Part shown: in pieces, positions 11,036-20,561 of the stretch
Layout: each line of letters opens with the position of its first letter
Position numbering within the stretch: the first letter of the stretch is position 1
Source: an uncultured Candidatus Saccharibacteria bacterium
Lineage (GTDB): Bacteria; Patescibacteriota; Minisyncoccia; SW-4-49-11
DNA: 64,000 nt
Assembly (NCBI GenBank): GCA_964585065.1
Contig: CAZPCB010000001.1
Span: 14,037 to 78,036, forward strand
Direction of reading: 5' to 3'
Program-made: the position numbers and the translations under genes
Notes under the pieces: model-generated
What the model saw: only the letters and a program-made list of their open reading frames with translations
What the model was told of the DNA's origin: nothing
Database searches by the model: none

Positions 11036-13537
11036 ATGGCAGACGATACCAAAATTTCAACAATTGAGAATATAGGAAATATTGAGCTTACAGATATTGT
11101 GGCTGAAATGGAGCGCGCCTATATTGATTATTCAATGAGCGTAATTGTAGATAGAGCCCTTCCTGATGTAAGAGATGGATTAAAACCAGTTCATAGAAGA
11201 ATTCTGTATGCTATGCATGAACTTGGTTTGAGGCCAGAAGCAAAATTCCGTAAATCTGCTACCATAGTCGGAGAAGTACTCGGAAAATACCATCCTCATG
11301 GAGATACTGCTGTATATGATTCTTTGGTTCGTATGGCACAAGATTTTTCTCTGAGATATACCTTGGTAAAAGGACAAGGAAACTTTGGATCTATGGATGG
11401 TGACTCAGCCGCAGCTATGCGATATACTGAGGCAAAAATGGACAAAATTGCTCGAGAAATGCTTGTCGATATTGATAAAAAAACCGTTAATTTTATCCCC
11501 AATTATGATGGGAGTATCGAAGAACCAACCGTATTACCAGCAAGAGTTCCTAATCTTCTTATTAATGGAGGAACAGGAATTGCTGTAGGTATGGCAACTA
11601 ATATTCCTCCCCATAATTTGAAGGAAATTGTAGGAGCAACTATTGCTTTGATTGAAAATCCAGAAATTACTATTGAAGAATTATTGCATTTTGTTAAGGG
11701 ACCAGATTTCCCTACTGGAGGAGAATTATATAATATTGAAAATATTCGGCAAGTATATGCTACTGGGCGAGGACCTCTTGTTACTCGAGCTAAAGCTGAA
11801 ATTGTAGAGAGAACCAAAAAAGGAAATGCTTTTGATATTATTGTCTCAGAAATGACATATCAGACCAATAAATCTACCCTTATTGAGAAAATGGCCAATA
11901 TGGTCAGGGATAAAAAACTTGATGGTATTAAGGATATTCGAGATGAATCTGATCGTGATGGAGTAAGAGTGGTGATTGAACTCAAATCTGATGCGTATCC
12001 ACAAAAGGTACTTAATAAATTATACAAATTAACTGATTTACAAAAAACCTATCATGTTAATATGTTGGCTCTTTGTGATGGTATTGAACCAAAGACATTG
12101 TCATTAAAACAAGCCCTACAATATTATATTATTCATCGTAAGGAAGTTGTAACACGAAAAACTGAATTCGAATTACAACAGGCGAAGGATCGAGCTCATA
12201 TTTTGGAAGGACTCAAAAAAGCACTTGACTTTATTGATGAAGTTATTAGTATTATTCGAGGATCTGAGAGTAAAGAAATTGCTAAAGTAAATTTGATTAA
12301 GCGTTTTGAATTCAGTACATTGCAAGTACAGGCTATTCTAGATATGAGATTACAAACTTTGGCTGGATTAGAGCGACAAAAAATTCTTGATGAATTAGCA
12401 GAATTATTAATTCTTATTAAAGAATTAGAGTCAATTCTTGGATCAGAAGAGAGAATTTTCCAAATTATCAAAGATGATTTGAAACAAGTGTCTGAACAAT
12501 ATGGCGATGAACGAAAAACTCGTGTATTCCAAGAAGAGTTGGGAGATTTTAAAGAGACAGATTTTATCCCGAATGAAGATACTATTATTATCTTGACTAA
12601 GGATGGGTATATTAAGCGAGTAGATCCGAAAGAATATCGTTCTCAAAGGCGAGGTGGAGTAGGAATTTCTGGAGTAAAAACGCGAGAAGATGACTCAGTA
12701 TCGATTTTCCTCCATACTATTACTCATGCGAAATTACTATTCTTTACTAATGATGGAAGAGTTTTGAAATTGAAAGCCTATGAAATTCCACAAGGATCTC
12801 GTATTGCCAAAGGTCAATCTATTGTTAATTTCCTGGAACTTACCAAAGATGAGCAAATTCAATCAATTCTACCAACTGAAGATGCATCAGATAGCTTTGT
12901 ATCTATTGTAACTAAATTTGGTATCATCAAGAAAAGTGCAATGTCGGTATATGCTAATGTAAGAAAGGGTGGAATTATTGCTATTAATCTTAAGGACAAA
13001 GATAGTCTTATACAGGCAACTATTACTCATCCTGATGATGATGTGATCTTATTCACAGCTCAAGGCAAAGCTATACGATTTTCTCAAGAAGAATTGAGAC
13101 CAATGGGAAGAACAGCATCTGGGGTTAAAGCAATTACATTAAAACCTGATGACTCAGTATTATCTATGCAAACAATTCGCTCTGGAGATGAGCAAGGATG
13201 GCTCGTGATTGCAACCGCACAAGGATATGGTAAAAAAAGTAAATTAAGTCATTATAAAGTACAGCGACGAGGTGGTGGAGGAGTAAAAGTATCCAAAATA
13301 ACCACTAAAACTGGTCTTGTTATGGGAGCTCAAGTAGTAACCCCAGATAGCAAGGAGTTAATAGCCATTTCTCTTGGGGGGAATATTATTAAGCTGAATA
13401 TACAAAAAGATATTCCAACATTATCCCGAGATACTCAAGGGGTAAAAATTATGAGACTTAATAAAGACGACACTATTGCTTCAATCGCCGTGACCACTGA
13501 AGATGAAAAAGAAGAAGAGATAGAGTCATCAGAATAG
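11036..13537 (+). CDS. gyrA: DNA gyrase subunit A
   Basis: [29 protein letters not shown] and GyrA-box QRRGGVG. Confidence 0.98.
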   Translation: MADDTKISTIENIGNIELTDIVAEMERAYIDYSMSVIVDRALPDVRDGLKPVHRRILYAMHELGLRPEAKFRKSATIVGEVLGKYHPHGDTAVYDSLVRMAQDFSLRYTLVKGQGNFGSMDGDSAAAMRYTEAKMDKIAREMLVDIDKKTVNFIPNYDGSIEEPTVLPARVPNLLINGGTGIAVGMATNIPPHNLKEIVGATIALIENPEITIEELLHFVKGPDFPTGGELYNIENIRQVYATGRGPLVTRAKAEIVERTKKGNAFDIIVSEMTYQTNKSTLIEKMANMVRDKKLDGIKDIRDESDRDGVRVVIELKSDAYPQKVLNKLYKLTDLQKTYHVNMLALCDGIEPKTLSLKQALQYYIIHRKEVVTRKTEFELQQAKDRAHILEGLKKALDFIDEVISIIRGSESKEIAKVNLIKRFEFSTLQVQAILDMRLQTLAGLERQKILDELAELLILIKELESILGSEERIFQIIKDDLKQVSEQYGDERKTRVFQEELGDFKETDFIPNEDTIIILTKDGYIKRVDPKEYRSQRRGGVGISGVKTREDDSVSIFLHTITHAKLLFFTNDGRVLKLKAYEIPQGSRIAKGQSIVNFLELTKDEQIQSILPTEDASDSFVSIVTKFGIIKKSAMSVYANVRKGGIIAINLKDKDSLIQATITHPDDDVILFTAQGKAIRFSQEELRPMGRTASGVKAITLKPDDSVLSMQTIRSGDEQGWLVIATAQGYGKKSKLSHYKVQRRGGGGVKVSKITTKTGLVMGAQVVTPDSKELIAISLGGNIIKLNIQKDIPTLSRDTQGVKIMRLNKDDTIASIAVTTEDEKEEEIESSE

Positions 13538-13594
13538 TTGACGATTTATAGGAATAACTATATACTAGATACAGATATAAAATAAAATCTTATT

Positions 13595-14137
13595 ATGTTA
13601 GAAACCACTACTCGATTTCTATCACCTCGTGAAATAGTACGGCAATTCGATTTAGAAGTTGGAATGAAAATTGCTGATTTTGGATCAGGAGCCGGAGATT
13701 TTTCTATTGCCATTGCTCAATTTATTCAGCCAACTGGAAAGGTGTTTGCAATTGATGTGATGGAATCAGCTCATCAGTCTCTTAGAAGTAAATACAAAAT
13801 TCAAGGTATTACCAATATTGAACTTATTTTGACTAATTTAGAGACTGATAGTGGTTCTACTTTACCAAAAGAATCAGTAGATAGAGTCATGATACATAAT
13901 ATTCTATTTCAAGTAAATGATAAAAAACATTTGCTCAAAGAAGCTCATAAAATATTAAAGGAAAAAGGGAAATTAGTGGTAATAGAATGGGATATTTCAA
14001 GCCCAATAGGACCTCTCAAAGCATCAAGAATTCCTGAGAGAGAATTGGTTTCTCTGATACAAAATAATGGTTTTGAAATTGATCATAAAATTGATGCGGG
14101 AAAATATCATTATGGATATATATTTAAAAAATCATAA
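13595..14137 (+). CDS. Class I SAM-dependent methyltransferase
   Basis: IADFGSGAG motif I; VFAIDV; LKEKGKLVVIEW. Confidence 0.9.
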   Translation: MLETTTRFLSPREIVRQFDLEVGMKIADFGSGAGDFSIAIAQFIQPTGKVFAIDVMESAHQSLRSKYKIQGITNIELILTNLETDSGSTLPKESVDRVMIHNILFQVNDKKHLLKEAHKILKEKGKLVVIEWDISSPIGPLKASRIPERELVSLIQNNGFEIDHKIDAGKYHYGYIFKKS

Positions 14138-14139
14138 AT

Positions 14140-15486
14140 ATGGCAGGGAATAATTCTCTAGATTCATTTACCAAAAATCGCAAAGTGATTATTATTGCGG
14201 GAGTAGCTATATTAGCTATTGTTATATTGATGCTTGGTAATGCACTTGGATTTAAAATTGGAGGTGAGAAAAAAGTACAAAAAGCAAATTTGGTAGTATG
14301 GGGAGTCTGGGATGAAAGCGAGACAATGACGAAATTGGGAAGTGATTTTCGTAAAACATATCCTAATGTAAGTATAGAATATCGTAAATTCAAGCCACAA
14401 GATTATGAAACAGAATTAGTGAATGCTTTAGCTGAGGGAAGAGGACCAGATATATTTGCAATAGAACATACTTGGCTCGGAAAGCATAAGAATAAATTAG
14501 CTTCAATGCCAGAAGAAATTATGACGCTTAAAGATTATCAAGATCGTTTTGTAGATGTGGTCAATCAAGACTTTATTGACGAGGGTAAAATATATGGATT
14601 TCCCCTATATACCGATACCTTAGCATTATTATATAATAAAGATGCTTTCAATGATGCAGGAATTGCAAATCCACCAGCAACTTGGGAAGAATTACAAAAA
14701 ATTGTCCCGGAATTAACTAAAATTGATCAATTTGGTAATATTAAACAGGCAGGGGTTGCACTTGGTACTGGGGATAATATAAATCGCTCACCAGATATAT
14801 TGATGGCATTAATGCTACAATCGGGAGCTCAATTTACAGACCCTAAGGATACAAGTCAAATTATATTCTCACAAAGTAAGAATGTCAATGGACAAAATAT
14901 AAATCCTGCTCAATTATCCCTGGCCTATTATACTGACTTTGCTAATCCACGAAAGGGAGTATATACCTGGAATTCAACCTTAAATAATTCAATAGATGCT
15001 TTTTATGAAAGAGAAGTAGCTATGATATTTGGATATTCATATCAGGTAGAAGCAATTAAAGTGAAAGCCCCAAGACTTAATTTTGCAGTAGCACCTCTTC
15101 CTCAAGTATCATTAGATTCTGGACTTGCTAACTTTGCAAATTATTGGGGATATGGAGTCAGCGGTCAATCCAAATACCCAAAAGAATCTTTTGCATTTCT
15201 CAAATCAGCCACCGAAAAAGAAAATGCCCAAGATTATTTCTTGAAAACTAAGCGTCCAACAGCCAGAAGAGATTTAGTAGATACTCAATCTCAAGATATA
15301 GATTATGGGGTATTTGTAAAACAAATTTTACAAGCAAAAACTTGGAGACAACCAGATAATAATTCAGTAGATAAAATATTTATTGAGGCTATTAATTCAG
15401 TAAATTCAGGATTGCTTGATTACTCAAAAGCTATTAGTCAAGCTGAATCAGAAATACAAACATTAGCTGATAATGTGAAAAAATGA
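14140..15486 (+). CDS. Membrane-anchored extracellular solute-binding protein (sugar-binding family 1-like)
   Basis: N-terminal TM; GRGPDIF, IYGFPLYTDTLALLYNKD and PPATWEEL motifs. Confidence 0.9.
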   Translation: MAGNNSLDSFTKNRKVIIIAGVAILAIVILMLGNALGFKIGGEKKVQKANLVVWGVWDESETMTKLGSDFRKTYPNVSIEYRKFKPQDYETELVNALAEGRGPDIFAIEHTWLGKHKNKLASMPEEIMTLKDYQDRFVDVVNQDFIDEGKIYGFPLYTDTLALLYNKDAFNDAGIANPPATWEELQKIVPELTKIDQFGNIKQAGVALGTGDNINRSPDILMALMLQSGAQFTDPKDTSQIIFSQSKNVNGQNINPAQLSLAYYTDFANPRKGVYTWNSTLNNSIDAFYEREVAMIFGYSYQVEAIKVKAPRLNFAVAPLPQVSLDSGLANFANYWGYGVSGQSKYPKESFAFLKSATEKENAQDYFLKTKRPTARRDLVDTQSQDIDYGVFVKQILQAKTWRQPDNNSVDKIFIEAINSVNSGLLDYSKAISQAESEIQTLADNVKK

Positions 15487-16820
15487 AATATATAAAGTTC
15501 AGTATAGTTTTTGGTATAATATTCTTAGTAGTTTCATTTTTTAGTATTAACTATACTAATGCACAGAGTGCAGATGCAGCTTGTAGTGCAGGGGCAACAT
15601 CATTAGAGCAAAACTGTACTTTTCAAAATGGAAGCTCTCGTTTAAATGGAAAATGCCAGGTTAAAGATAAAAATAATCCAGGTTTAGGATTAACTTGTCG
15701 TACTAGCTTAGGATCATCCTGCTCAGGTGATACTTGTCAAAATGGATTAGCCTGTATTAATCAGGTTTGTTCCAGTCCAAGAGGGGCTAAAACTCAAGGT
15801 CAATCTTGTTCAGGGAATGGAAATGAATGTATTGCAGGTCTTGAATGTAGAAATTTTATATGTACAAAAGAAGCTGCCATTACTGGTGGAGGGTCTGGGC
15901 AAACTGGAGGTGGTCAAGTCGGTACCCCTGGAGGTGGTCAAGTCGGTACCCCTGGAGGCTCAACAGGGGCAGAAACAGGGCTAGTAAAATGTGGAGTGAG
16001 TAGAGATTGTACCATTTGTGATATATTTATTTTAATTCGAGATGTCTTTAATTTTGCTCTAGGACTACTGGCTTCACTCGCGGTATTAAGCGTTGTGATT
16101 GGGGGAGTATATATACTCACCTCAGCGGGTAATCCAGGAGCAGTAAGTACAGGATATGGCATTATTACCAATGCAGTGATTGGACTATTATTAGTCATGG
16201 CGAGTTTCCTTCTATTCAGCTTTTTATTAGTAGGACTTGGATTCCAAGAACAAAATTTCTCAGCCGTACTTACTTTTCAACCAGGAAAAATATTCGAGGT
16301 AAAATGTGATACTGCTAGTACTTTTAATGATAATGGAGGTAATGGAGGAGGAGCAGCTACAACAAATAGGGGGCCTGTCACATGTAAAAATAGTCAATGT
16401 TTAGCAAAAAACCCTCAGTTAAAAGATCAAATAGAAAAAAGTGCTGCAAAATATGGAATAGAATCAAATCTACTATTAGCTATAATTGATGAAGGTGAGG
16501 GGTGTAATCCTTCTACTACGGCTGCATGTAGTAGATCCTATAGTGATAGTGATTGTTCAGCTGGTTTTACACAATGTACTCCATTAATACGAGCTAAATT
16601 TACCGGAATAAGCGACCCAAAAGCTAGCTTAGATAAGATTAAATCTGATTTATCTACTGATATTGATTGTGGAGCTTGGCTTATTAAACAAAATGCAGGA
16701 GTTTGTCCTCTTTCAGATGTCCGAAAGGTAGCAAGCTGTTATAATGCTGGCTTATCTGGGGCATGTGGTACTCGTAATTATTGTCAGAGAGTTTCAAGTT
16801 ATTATAATGGTTGTAAATAA
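15483..16820 (+). CDS. VirB2/TrbC-like (T4SS-type) pilin with N-terminal Cys-rich region and C-terminal lytic transglycosylase-like domain
   Basis: Signal peptide; pilin core GGVYILTSAGN...ITNAVIGLLLV; SLT-like AAKYGIESNLLLAIIDE, GFTQ, GAWLI and CYNAG. Confidence 0.8.
   Translation: MKYIKFSIVFGIIFLVVSFFSINYTNAQSADAACSAGATSLEQNCTFQNGSSRLNGKCQVKDKNNPGLGLTCRTSLGSSCSGDTCQNGLACINQVCSSPRGAKTQGQSCSGNGNECIAGLECRNFICTKEAAITGGGSGQTGGGQVGTPGGGQVGTPGGSTGAETGLVKCGVSRDCTICDIFILIRDVFNFALGLLASLAVLSVVIGGVYILTSAGNPGAVSTGYGIITNAVIGLLLVMASFLLFSFLLVGLGFQEQNFSAVLTFQPGKIFEVKCDTASTFNDNGGNGGGAATTNRGPVTCKNSQCLAKNPQLKDQIEKSAAKYGIESNLLLAIIDEGEGCNPSTTAACSRSYSDSDCSAGFTQCTPLIRAKFTGISDPKASLDKIKSDLSTDIDCGAWLIKQNAGVCPLSDVRKVASCYNAGLSGACGTRNYCQRVSSYYNGCK
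15904..15958 (+). repeat. 24-bp tandem repeat encoding a GGGQVGTP linker
   Basis: ctggaggtggtcaagtcggtaccc repeated about 2.3 times. Confidence 0.9.
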
Positions 16821-16833
16821 TTATAGAAATAAT

Positions 16834-17517
16834 ATGAGTTTTAAAAGTTACTTAATATCAATAATAGTATTTTGTATAGCATTGTATCCATTCAAATTTG
16901 TTAGTGCTGATAGTTTAAATATTGATTTATATTTTGATGGTAATAATATAAGATTAGATAATAAAGTAGATAATCCAATTAATTATATTAAGACTGAGGG
17001 TATTGATAAATATCAATCTGGAGGTGTAGATGATAGATATAAGTTAGAAATTGTATCTGATGGTACTGTTACATATTCACAAATTATAACACCTCCACAG
17101 ACTCCATCCCCATTTCAAGTGTTGCTTCCTAATATTAATATCGCAGACAAGGTGAAAGTTATATCTAATAATTCGATTACTTCTGAATTTGATATATCAC
17201 AATATAAGACATGTTTTAGTAATTTGATATGTGAATATGAAAAAGGAGAAAATATTAATTCCTGTCCCTCTGATTGTAATAATGATAATACTAAATTCTC
17301 AGAGGAAACTCAGAAAACTCTTCAAAAAGAAAATGGAATAATTCGGGATGAAGCGGGAACTGTATTATTGTCAACCAATACTCCTACTCCTAATACTGAC
17401 ACAAATTCAGAGACAGAACAATCCAACACATTAGGGAATATTGCTATTTTAATAGGAGGAATAGTATTCCTTGCTGGGGGACTGGGGCTATTTATTTGGA
17501 AATTAAGAAAAAGATGA
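16834..17517 (+). CDS. Exported protein with Cys motif and C-terminal TM anchor
   Basis: Signal peptide; CFSNLICEYEKGENINSCPSDC; C-terminal TM followed by KLRKR. Confidence 0.75.
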   Translation: MSFKSYLISIIVFCIALYPFKFVSADSLNIDLYFDGNNIRLDNKVDNPINYIKTEGIDKYQSGGVDDRYKLEIVSDGTVTYSQIITPPQTPSPFQVLLPNINIADKVKVISNNSITSEFDISQYKTCFSNLICEYEKGENINSCPSDCNNDNTKFSEETQKTLQKENGIIRDEAGTVLLSTNTPTPNTDTNSETEQSNTLGNIAILIGGIVFLAGGLGLFIWKLRKR

Positions 17518-17547
17518 TATAATTAAAAGTAATTAAATACAGATATT

Positions 17548-18195
17548 ATGAAATTTATTTTATCGACAAGTTTAGCAATTTTATTTGTAATAGGATTTAT
17601 GGGGAATACCTATAATGTCTTTGCTGCTTGTGGGACTGGTCCAGATTGTGCCTCAGGACAGGTATGTGTAACAGTAGATGGTGCTACAAAATGTTTAAAA
17701 AATGAGGCGAATAGTAGTGGTGTTTGTGCGGGGGACTCTTCTATTAAATGTGGATCTGGACAGGCATGTATTCAAAATAAAGCAAAGGAGATTGTATGTG
17801 CTCCTGTACCTAAAGCTAATACATTACAGCCAGCAGCAGATAATACAAAAAATCCAGATAGTGCAGCTAATGGAGGAGGTAACACTTCTGGGGGAGGGGG
17901 ATTATTAGAGGGACTCAATGCTTTTGGTAGTGCAGATTCTGGACTTAATACAGAGGGAACTCTCATTGGGTTTATTGCTAATATTATTCGCTGGATATTA
18001 GGATTACTTGGAACAGTATTCTTTGTAATCATAGTTTTACAAGGGTATCTTTATATGACATCTTCAGGAGATGCGAGTAAAACAGCAGCAGCTACGGGGG
18101 CTATTACTAATGCAGTAATAGGACTACTGATTATTATGGGAGCTTTCCTCATTACTAATTTTGTAACAAGTGCTTTGATTGCCGCGGGCCCTTAA
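17548..18195 (+). CDS. VirB2/TrbC-like pilin with two Cys-rich modules
   Basis: IIRWILGLLG...GYLYMTSSGD...ITNAVIGLLIIMGAFLI. Confidence 0.85.
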   Translation: MKFILSTSLAILFVIGFMGNTYNVFAACGTGPDCASGQVCVTVDGATKCLKNEANSSGVCAGDSSIKCGSGQACIQNKAKEIVCAPVPKANTLQPAADNTKNPDSAANGGGNTSGGGGLLEGLNAFGSADSGLNTEGTLIGFIANIIRWILGLLGTVFFVIIVLQGYLYMTSSGDASKTAAATGAITNAVIGLLIIMGAFLITNFVTSALIAAGP

Positions 18196-18205
18196 TATCT
18201 CATAT

Positions 18206-18553
18206 ATGATAGAAAAATTTATATCTTATTTCATAATAGCAACAGCGAAAGCCCAGGAGACATCGCCTCCTCCTATATTAGCTATACCTACAGGAACAGG
18301 AGTGGGGGAGCAAGGAGATCTGTTTACTTTTGTGTCAGCTATTGTGCAATGGGGATTGGGATTAATAGGGATAGTATTATTTGTACTTATACTCTTTTCT
18401 GGATTCCAATATGCAACAGCAGGGGGCGACTCTAAAAAAACTGAAGAAGCTATTAGTAGAATTACTTCTGCAGTAATCGGAGTATTCATTGTAGGGGTGG
18501 CTTTTATACTATCCAATGCAGTATTAGGATTTGTTTTTAGTCTAGGATCTTAA
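18206..18553 (+). CDS. VirB2/TrbC-like pilin
   Basis: IVQWGLGLIG...GFQYATAGGD...ITSAVIGVFIV. Confidence 0.85.
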   Translation: MIEKFISYFIIATAKAQETSPPPILAIPTGTGVGEQGDLFTFVSAIVQWGLGLIGIVLFVLILFSGFQYATAGGDSKKTEEAISRITSAVIGVFIVGVAFILSNAVLGFVFSLGS

Positions 18554-18653
18554 TATACTGACTTATCCACAATAGTATCACTTGCATAGTAATATAAGAT
18601 ATGATAGTATAAAAACATAGAACATATTATTCAATAATTATTAAGATATTCTT

Positions 18654-19037
18654 ATGAATACTTCCCAGATAAAATCAATAGCAACAAGAGCATTATTACC
18701 TGTATTAGTATTAGCTCCTACTTTAGCTGGAGCTGCAACTCCCGTAAAAGATACTAGAGTCATAGGTGAAATACCTCAAGTAGCTGGTACTAATCAATCT
18801 ACTGACCTTGTGGCTACAGTACAAGTGGTTATTCAATGGGCATTAGGATTTATCGGAATTGTAATATTCATTATTTTCTTATTTGCAGGATTTGAATATG
18901 CAACAGCAGGAGGAGATGAAGGAAAAGCAAAAACTGCACAATCTCGAATGATTAACGCGGTAATTGGATTAATTATTATATTCTTTGCCTTTGTAGCTTC
19001 AAATGCAATATTGTCATTCGTATTCCCAGGAAATTAA
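18654..19037 (+). CDS. VirB2/TrbC-like pilin (candidate major subunit)
   Basis: Signal peptide ending AGA; VIQWALGFIG...GFEYATAGGD...MINAVIGLIII; has its own promoter-like region and terminator. Confidence 0.87.
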   Translation: MNTSQIKSIATRALLPVLVLAPTLAGAATPVKDTRVIGEIPQVAGTNQSTDLVATVQVVIQWALGFIGIVIFIIFLFAGFEYATAGGDEGKAKTAQSRMINAVIGLIIIFFAFVASNAILSFVFPGN

Positions 19038-19057
19038 TCAAATTGATAGATACTATG

Positions 19058-19094
19058 AAACAATAAAAAGGGATATAATCCCTTTTTATTGTTT
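19058..19094 (+). terminator. Intrinsic terminator after pilin
   Basis: Perfect inverted repeat aaacaataaaaaggga-tataa-tccctttttattgttt. Confidence 0.8.
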
Positions 19095-19181
19095 AGAGAA
19101 TACATATTCAAATAATATAGTATTCTTGTCAGATAATAGAATACTTGATATACTTGTAATATATAGAATAGTAAAATAGAT

Positions 19182-19595
19182 ATGAGAGTCTTATTGATTA
19201 TAATAGCTTTATTAATAGGGGGATTTGTATTAAGTTCAAGTATTTCCTTGGCTCAAAGAGCCCCTGATGCTACTCTCCCTGATCCAGGAACAATCCCTAT
19301 TAATACAGGTATATCTGAGGGACCGACCCTCATAGAGACAGTATCTCTTATTATAAGATGGATATTAGGATTTATTGGTATTATAGTATTTGTGATTTTC
19401 TTATTTGCAGGATTTGAATATGCAACAGCAGGAGGAGATCAGAGTAAAGCAGAAAATGCTAGTAAAAGAATGGTAAATGCAATTATAGGACTTATTATTA
19501 TATTCTTTGCCTTTGTAGCATCCAATGCTGTATTGGAATTTGTATTCCCTCCAGATACTACTGCCAATATTAATACCTTATTTAATAGCAATTAA
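19182..19595 (+). CDS. VirB2/TrbC-like pilin (close paralog of 18654..19037)
   Basis: IIRWILGFIG...GFEYATAGGD...MVNAIIGLIIIFFAFVASNA. Confidence 0.87.
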   Translation: MRVLLIIIALLIGGFVLSSSISLAQRAPDATLPDPGTIPINTGISEGPTLIETVSLIIRWILGFIGIIVFVIFLFAGFEYATAGGDQSKAENASKRMVNAIIGLIIIFFAFVASNAVLEFVFPPDTTANINTLFNSN

Positions 19596-19596
19596 T

Positions 19597-20487
19597 ATGA
19601 AATATATTATCTTTTCACTTTTATTAGGTATAGGATTAATAATCCCTCAGAATAGCTTTGCTCAGACAGCTGCTCAAAATACAGCTTGCTCAGGTAAAAA
19701 AAATGGAGATGCATGTACCTATCAAAGAACAGTAACTACTGGAGGAAAAAATACTCCCAGAGGAACTGCAACGCAGACTGAAAGTGGTTTTTGTGATAGG
19801 ACCAATGCAGATAGTATAGCAAAAAATAATCCATTGACTTGTAAAACACTTGATTCTGAGAAGAATGGATGGGAAGATTGTGTTATCATTGGAGATGCTT
19901 GTAAATCTGGTAGCGAATTAGGTGTATGTAGAGCTCCAGGGCCTAAAACAGGACCATGTGACATTAGTAAAAAACCACCAGGTAGTCCGGGGGGAATATC
20001 TCCAGCAAAATGTGGCACATCAACATGTACAGGTGGACAAGTATGTGTGCAGCAAGGTGGAAGCCCAGTTTGTACTAATGATTTAACAAAAAATGGAAAA
20101 TGTGGCACATCAACATGTACAGGTGGGCAAGTATGTGTACAGCAAGGAGGAAGTCCAGTTTGTACTAATGATGCTGCTACACCAAGTACATCAACTAATA
20201 ATGGAACTACTACAGATGCATCATCCCCCCAAAGTGTAGGATTTGTGAACCCTATAAGGTTTAACTCTATTCCTGAGCTTATCGCAGGTATTATTAATGC
20301 CTTATTAGGTATATTAGGAGCGATTACTGTGGCTATTCTAGTTATGTCAGGATTTAAATATATGACAAGTTCTAATCCAGGAGAAGTAGGGCAGGCTTTG
20401 GATGGAATTAGGAATGCAGTTGTGGGACTTATGATAATTATGGGGGCTTTCCTCATAACACAATATATTATCTCGGCTTTGGTTTAA
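19597..20487 (+). CDS. VirB2/TrbC-like pilin with long Cys-rich N-terminal region
   Basis: Signal peptide; many Cys; FVNPI...IINALLGILG...GFKYMTS...IRNAVVGLMII. Confidence 0.85.
   Translation: MKYIIFSLLLGIGLIIPQNSFAQTAAQNTACSGKKNGDACTYQRTVTTGGKNTPRGTATQTESGFCDRTNADSIAKNNPLTCKTLDSEKNGWEDCVIIGDACKSGSELGVCRAPGPKTGPCDISKKPPGSPGGISPAKCGTSTCTGGQVCVQQGGSPVCTNDLTKNGKCGTSTCTGGQVCVQQGGSPVCTNDAATPSTSTNNGTTTDASSPQSVGFVNPIRFNSIPELIAGIINALLGILGAITVAILVMSGFKYMTSSNPGEVGQALDGIRNAVVGLMIIMGAFLITQYIISALV
20007..20172 (+). repeat. Intragenic 76-bp direct repeat (90-bp period) encoding KCGTSTCTGGQVCVQQGGSPVCTND
   Basis: 20007-20082 vs 20097-20172; four mismatches, all synonymous. Confidence 0.92.
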
Positions 20488-20561
20488 ATGTATAAATATT
20501 AATAAAAAGAAAAAACCTACCATAGTGGGTAGGTTTAGTATTTACTTACTGAGAGCAAATG

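Noticed and set aside
19722-20456. 244-aa antisense ORF with repeats
   Set aside because: Shadow of the pilin gene on the opposite strand
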